Part shown: positions 58,078 through 64,000 of the stretch, one piece after another | Position numbering within the stretch: position 1 is the stretch's first letter | How the letters are laid out: every line of letters starts with the position of its first letter | Source of the DNA: Epithemia pelagica | Lineage: Eukaryota; Protista; Bacillariophyta | DNA length: 64,000 nt | NCBI GenBank assembly: GCA_946965045.2 | Contig: OX337238.1 | Coordinates: forward strand, 2,852,001-2,916,000 | Direction of reading: 5' to 3' | Made by a program: the position numbers and the translations under genes | The notes under the pieces: generated by a model | Database searches by the model: none | What the model was told of the DNA's origin: nothing | What the model saw: only the letters and a program-made list of their open reading frames with translations

Positions 58078-59929
58078 ATGATGACTACACTGCAAAAGCA
58101 AGCAAAGCAATCTGGGTTTTGCTTTCTGGACAGTGACAATAACAGTCTTGCGCCTCATTGGAATAACAATGACTGGCGTCCCCTTTTGGGTAGGTGGCGT
58201 CGCTATCATGCTTCAGTTGTGCTCAACCATCCCGAACAGGATAACAATGCACAGACGGTTGTAGTTTTGGGAGGAGACACACAAATACATGGCTACAACA
58301 ACTCAGTGTTGTTGTTGAGTTTGGGAGAAGAAAACAAGCAATGGCGGGAAGGACCGCCGTTGAACAGCAACCGAGCCTATCATGCTGCTGTGGTTTGTAA
58401 CGGAGGAGTTTACGTGATAGGAGGACACAATGGATGTTCACGTTTGGATAGTATCGAACGGATTGATGTTGCAAATTTGTGTTCATATTCGATGGAAAGC
58501 TCTACCAGCAACCAATGGACGACCCTGACTTGTCGATTGTCTACGGCAAGAGATGAATGTTCGGCTGTTGCCGTGCACAATCGCTATCTTGTTGTGATTG
58601 GTGGATCCAACGGAGTCCTTTTGTCGACGGTTGATATAATCGATACAGGTACCGCAAGCAACCACACTTTGATTGTGGGACCATCCATGTCACTGCCTCG
58701 GTCTGGTTGTGCTAAGGGCTGGGTAAGCCGATCCATGTTCGGCTAAGTAGGCTCAGTACATTAACCTACGTACTACTATTTTCGTCTGTGTAAGAAGTGG
58801 GGCGGATGGTCTCAAATTGAAAACTTGCTGCCACGAGAAACAATGCAAATTGGAAGCCATCGCTCGACAATGGTGGAAGCCATCACCCCCATGGCCATAA
58901 CTTCCTCAATAATAGAGCTTGCCTCGACCGCTTTGACAAGAAGATTATTTACTACTAGAGTGACTATGCATTCAATTCGGTCGAGTCAGCATTGAAAAAT
59001 GAGTGAGTTAGGGCGGTCGTTCGATTTCATCACTGCAGAAAAATGAGCGTACCTTTTCAGCCAACTTGGCAAATCTTCTGTAATTTTAGACAACAATATC
59101 AAAGGTAAAGGCTAAGGACTTACGGTGGTTGGATGTTTATGCGATGCATGGGTGAATGCATACGGCGTCACCGGATCTCGCCATCATTGTCGAGCGTTTT
59201 TGCATTTTTTTGAAATTCCGACCATTTCCGGCGTGACGTCAACTATGAGATTTTGTGTACTCTACGTAGGTTTTGTACTGAGCCTACCTAGCCGAACATG
59301 GATCGGCTTACCCAGCCCTTAGCGCTGTCATTGGCAATCGTATTTTTGTTGTTGGAGGCTACAATAGGCACAATGAAGAAGTGTTCCAATCAGTGGAGTA
59401 CTTGGAGATTAATGATCATTCAGGCAACGAGACAATGAACACAGCAAGTGCAGTGTTTCCATCCTCATGCCGTTGGACACGACATGATCATCTCAATCTT
59501 TCCATGCAACGGTGTTTTCATGCAGTTGTAGCTGTTGGACCATGCCTGATTGTTGTGGGAGGTTCCTTAGCAGCGGACACTGTTGAAGTCTTGGATACTC
59601 GCCAAAACACTGTGTGGACCTTTCCACGATCAGCACCGCCCCGTATTTGCTCCACTGCTGTGGTTCACTCGAGGGGAAGTGCCGTGATTAGTGGATATGA
59701 CAATACTTCTTGTGCGACACTATCGTTGAGTGACAAGAATACGTGGTGTTTTCGTCGACTAACGGAGCAGGTGCCGAGTACAATCTTTGGGTCAAGAACA
59801 GACTCACTGCGATCTACTTCAGGGCCTACTACAGCAATGAAGGAGTCTGATGAGTGCCATGAGAAGAAACTGAAACGTAGAATGTGTCAATTGAGACATA
59901 AAAATACCAGGAGTAAAACGCAGTCATGA
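58078..59929 (+). pseudogene. Kelch copy 13 interrupted by a MITE
   Basis: Removing 58715..59319 plus one TA restores ...RSGCASAVIGNRIFVVGG... in frame through to the stop at 59929. Confidence 0.92.
58715..59319. mobile_element. MITE, 605 bp, with ~46-58 bp TIRs and a TA target-site duplication
   Basis: Left AGGGCTGGGTAAGCCGATCCATGTTCGGCTAAGTAGGCTCAGTACA is the reverse complement of the right end with one mismatch. TA flanks both ends, the empty site GCTAGC is seen in paralogs, and there is no transposase ORF. Confidence 0.95.
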
Positions 59930-60060
59930 GAATGATTACTACGAATCGAAGTGCTTGATGTTTTTCCTGAGAACAAGATGCGTTTACAAACATGAAGGGA
60001 GAAAAGTACATCACGTTGTGTAACATAAACGAACGAAAGCAAACATTTTTAGAGCTCACC

Positions 60061-61951
60061 TTAAGGAATCACTTTGTGTTCTTGCTAGCATCTTTTAGCA
60101 CAATGAACGGTCCATGCGGGCTCGTTATAGCACAAGTGCAAGAAAAAACTGTCGGTCTGCTCTTGGGTAGAGCTTCCTCCAAATGGTCCACAATTATTCA
60201 TACGACAGGCACTGGCAAACTGTCACATAAAATTCATGCCACCCTTGGTGTTTGATCCAAAGACAAATCGTGACATGTCAATAGTCGTACCATGCCACAC
60301 CCTTCATGTCAATGGGTGCTTCTTGAACATGACAGCTTTCTTTGTCCTCGTCCTCGTTGCGGATGCAACTTTGGGAGAGACAATGGTGCAAACTGCATTG
60401 TATTTCGTTGGTATTTTGACAGAGTTGATGGACACGGCGTGTCTGTTCCAAAATCTCCTGGTGAAACCACGATTCCAAAGAATGGGGCTCCGAAACGTCG
60501 TTCTGGAGGTCATCCTCGTTTTTTGTAGGAGTGAAACTGTCCATGCAGCATTGCTGTTCATGGTTGGAGTATCTGGAAGCGGAGTTTCCTTCCAGAATGA
60601 CTGCAACCACCATTTGCCAAAACTCGCCGCACTTTGGTCCTTCACCACGACCTTTGCGACATCTTGTTCCAGATCCACGTCCCAGGAGGTGGAGTGTGTC
60701 ATGTCTCCGGCATCCGACGACGACAAGACGAGGGATTCTTCTTCTTCATCAAAGACAATGCATTCTTCATCATCCTCTCCTTGTTCGATTGTGTTCTCGT
60801 TTGGGCGACAAGGGGACGAAACAGACATTGCGGGAGAAATGGGGATTCCAGACATTGGTCATCCACAAGAAGGGCCTTCCCACAAGATCACTATCATCGT
60901 GAGCTGCAGCATCCTTTCCACGATGACGACAAGTACGATGATCACTCAACGGAGGATTCAACTTTGAATCGTCGTCCTTCTTGTGGATCCGGGCCGAAGA
61001 CAACAACGGTACGTTCGTTTGCCATTGCATGCCTCGTACCATCATCACCACTACTACAACTATCATGGCTGCTGCTGCTGCTGCAAGTCCACCGAATGGA
61101 TTCAGGTGCCGCCAAGACCGATGATGACAAGGACGACAAGGACGACAATGAGGAGGAATACGAAACCAATCGTTGATGGTTTCGAGTGATGGACGACGAC
61201 AAGACCCTTGTACTGGTAGTACTGTTGGGAACAATCGTTGGTGTCACGTGATTGTCGTTGATGTTGTTTGGAGGGTCTTGCAGTTGAAGTGGTGGTGGTG
61301 GTCCAAGAGACCCACTGCCAACTGCACCATCTGGCCTAACGTGACTCAGCTCATGGTCCAGATGGTTGTTGTCATGTTTCTTCTTCCTGTGTTGGGTGAT
61401 GGTGTCGTGAACCAATGTTTGCTTCGTTTTTCGGTAGGAGTTCTTCTTCTTCTAGTGGTTGTCCGTTCGGGTGGAGATGGGTGTGAAATTGAGGAGAATG
61501 CTTTGCCGTTTGCTTGCTTCTTTGTTGTTGTGTACTACGACTTTGTATGGTTCATGATGGTCCTCTCTCTCTCCTCGTCGTCCTCCTTTGTCTTGTTACC
61601 AATGAGGAATGAGGATGCGTGGTATAGCGTGCGTGTGTTGTCTTGGAAGTTGGGGACGGAGAACCCTTTTCCTGTTACAGTCCGTACAACAGTCGTACAC
61701 TCCTTCATATGTGATAGCCCCAGACTCAAAGGACTTCACCCAGTCTTGAAGGCTGTTGTACTGGATCGCTCGGTGTGATTTTTGGTCGGACAAGATGGTG
61801 GTGGTGGTCCTTTTTCGGAAGGATACGTTGCTTCTCTACTCGATCGAACCGTTCTCACATCGCCTGTGTCGTCGTAGGTGTCTGCTTCCTTTTCGGAAAG
61901 GTTGCTGACCTTGTCGAAAGGGTTATAAATTATTTGTGTTTGAATCGACAT
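60061..61951 (-). pseudogene. Family X remnant
   Basis: ORFs 60278..60613, 60304..60855, 60942..61415, 61535..61729 and 61736..61951 are homologous to X fragments elsewhere. Confidence 0.55.
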
Positions 61952-63778
61952 TCTGAGAGCGACAGTGAACGAGGGGATGACTTTGGGCGCCTCCCTTTCT
62001 GTGGGTCTTACTGGTCATGCTCTTGTGCTGATTCGAGCGATTCTTCCAGAGTCCCAACCACACACGGACCACAACATCTACCCACAGACGGACAGTCCAA
62101 ACGTTTGCCTTTTCTTGGATTCGATCCAGCCGCTGTAAAGTGCTCTTCTCTTTGCTTTGTTTTGTCTTTTTTGTTGTTGTTTGGGGATATCGTTAATTGT
62201 TACTACGACTTTCTTGTTCTTTCCGGAACCACAATGTCATGATGGTCTCTCTTTTGTCTTCCTCGTCTCTCGTCGTTTCGCCGAGAGTCCTTTTACAGTT
62301 CGCGTCACAGTCCTACACCCTACACTGAGTTCTCTACTACTTATCTGATTGGAAGGCATCCGAGTCCCGAGTCCGAAGTACTTTCGCGACTATACTCGAA
62401 CTTCCGATTCCGATCCCGTCTCAGACGCCCGCGACTCCACATAAAAAAGGAATCCCCGTCTGTCCGAGTCACGGATGTCACGGGCCAACAAAAAAAAGAT
62501 CCTATCACCATGACGACCTACGGACAAAACGACGGCCCACACACATTCGCACACGTTTCCAGTGTGTTTGTTGTGTCAAGAATGATGATGATGATCGAGT
62601 GATGGCGGAAATCCTCCAGACACACTCACTCACTCCGATGAACAGCACTCTCCAAACGGCATGACGGATGATTTGCGCAGAGAATGTTTCTTTTTGGGGA
62701 GGATGACGACGACAAAGTCCGTTGTGGTCTATGTATAAAGATCGTTGGCAAAAACACACAGACAGACAGGAATGGGGGAGCTGGTGGAGCATTCGACAGG
62801 ATGCCGCCGTCCTCGTTGCCGAATTTCGCGGGTCCTTTTTGGGCCACTATATAATACGTGAGGATGATACCCAGCCCGAAACGCCGCCATGGAGCTCTAC
62901 ACCAGTCATCCTCGAACCAAACCAAAATAAAACAAAACCATGGAGCCGCATTCACAACCACCACAACCACAAGGACGAGGACTACACAATGCTGCTTCAA
63001 ACTGGAGCAAGAGACTAGCATTCTACCATAACCATTGGCACTGTTTCGCAACGACTTGTTGAGTTGCGACACTGCTCGTGCCACACAGTGAGGAGAGAAC
63101 GAGCGATGATGAGGCTAATGATTGAACCATGAGCTCACAAAGAGAGAGCCAAAGTCGCTGTCTCAACGTGGAAGCTCCTAGCATTTGTTGCATCTTTGCG
63201 TTTGCCAGTGTGGGACAACCGTGTGTGATCGATGATTGGATTGGAACCTATGGATTTGGCCCATTTCGTTGCGCATGGAGGAGGATAGAGCGTTTGGCTG
63301 TGATGCTGATGTATTGTACAAACAGCCAGAAGGAATTTGAAAAGTGCCTCAAGACTGTAACGGACAAGTACTGCTAACTTACCAATATACAGTGGCAAAG
63401 GGGTTCCAGTGAGGCCACGCGTTCTTCTAAATGGTCAGTGTATTCGTGGAATCTCTGGATTTGTGCCGAAGCAGTTATTTTCGTGGATGGTTTTGGACCC
63501 GTTCATCTGTCCAAGTTCATCCATCCGATGACTCAAAGAAGGATGGTTTTGGACGTGTTCATCTGTCCAAGGCCATCCATCCGAGGATATACGACCATGA
63601 TTCAAATCGCCGCGTAGAGGTGCGTCCGTCGTTGCTGCCGTCTTTGGTTCCTGCTTTGGTGTGAAAGGTCCAAAATATTCAGTCCATTTTGTTCGGAGTC
63701 CATTTTCGTATTTTTTTGAGGAGAAAGACGAAACTCTGAGGTCCATTCCTTGGTGTTGTCATAGAATCTGCAAGTACC

Positions 63779-64000
63779 ATGACGACTTCACAGCAACAGC
63801 ATGCAAACCAATCTGGGCTTGGCTTTCTCAACATTAATAATAACAGTAACGAGCCACATTGGAATACCAGTGACTGGCCAACCCTTTTGGGTGGGTGGCG
63901 TCGGTGGCATGTATCGGCTGTGCTCGACCATCCCGACCAGGATAACACTGCACAGACGGTTGTAATTTGGGAGGAGACAAACAAGGTCAAGGCTTTACCA
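63779..64000 (+). CDS. Kelch copy 14 (type A), partial at the window end
   Basis: ATG 63779, MTTSQQQHANQ...; 1-bp deletion near 63966 (gttgtaatttggga against gttgtagttttggga in paralogs), which may be an error. Confidence 0.8.
   Translation, partial: MTTSQQQHANQSGLGFLNINNNSNEPHWNTSDWPTLLGGWRRWHVSAVLDHPDQDNTAQTVVIWEETNKVKALP

Noticed and set aside
58715-59322. MITE as a perfectly spliced intron restoring Kelch copy 13
   Set aside because: The donor at 58723 with acceptors at 59322, 59315, 59291 or 59282 gives frameshifts. The in-frame acceptor at 59269 introduces TGA (gtt ttg tac tga).
4764-63990. Many short overlapping or antisense ORFs in the track that recur across units
   Set aside because: They recur only because the DNA is duplicated; they are shadows of Kelch, X or spacer sequence and are broken at different places in different copies.
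1-64000. Whole array as an assembly artefact
   Set aside because: Most duplicated blocks differ by SNPs, indels and private TE insertions. Only short stretches such as 1..597 versus 6731..7327 look identical, so read-level confirmation is still advisable.

Overview
Eukaryotic DNA, most likely from a diatom, inferred from a CoDi-type Ty1/copia Gag-PR. The window is one continuous tandem array of stand-alone six-bladed Kelch beta-propeller genes, all on the + strand. There are 14 copies or partial copies plus two 3' remnants. Eight are full-length open ORFs of 373-403 aa, one is frameshifted in an A-run, one is internally deleted in frame, one is split by a copia LTR element, one is split by a MITE, and one is cut by the window end. 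The array is built from recurring modules: a divergently oriented, mostly decayed minus-strand gene family (here 'X'), a degenerate minus-strand gene ('Y'), an AdhE-type Fe-alcohol-dehydrogenase fragment with a 121-aa coiled-coil ORF, and a hairpin motif upstream of 13 of the 14 Kelch starts. Mobile DNA comprises a 6,147-bp non-autonomous copia element (709-bp LTRs, ATCGG TSD), a 605-bp TA-TSD MITE, two copies of a 705-bp poly(A)-tailed LINE 3' end, and an unclassified 709-bp insertion. The two strongest leads are (1) cassette-like mosaic diversification of the central propeller blades between near-identical gene ends and flanks, and (2) the 709-bp insertion, which folds into a six-helix rod whose internal loops repeat one motif. 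All counts are manual; no database searches were run.
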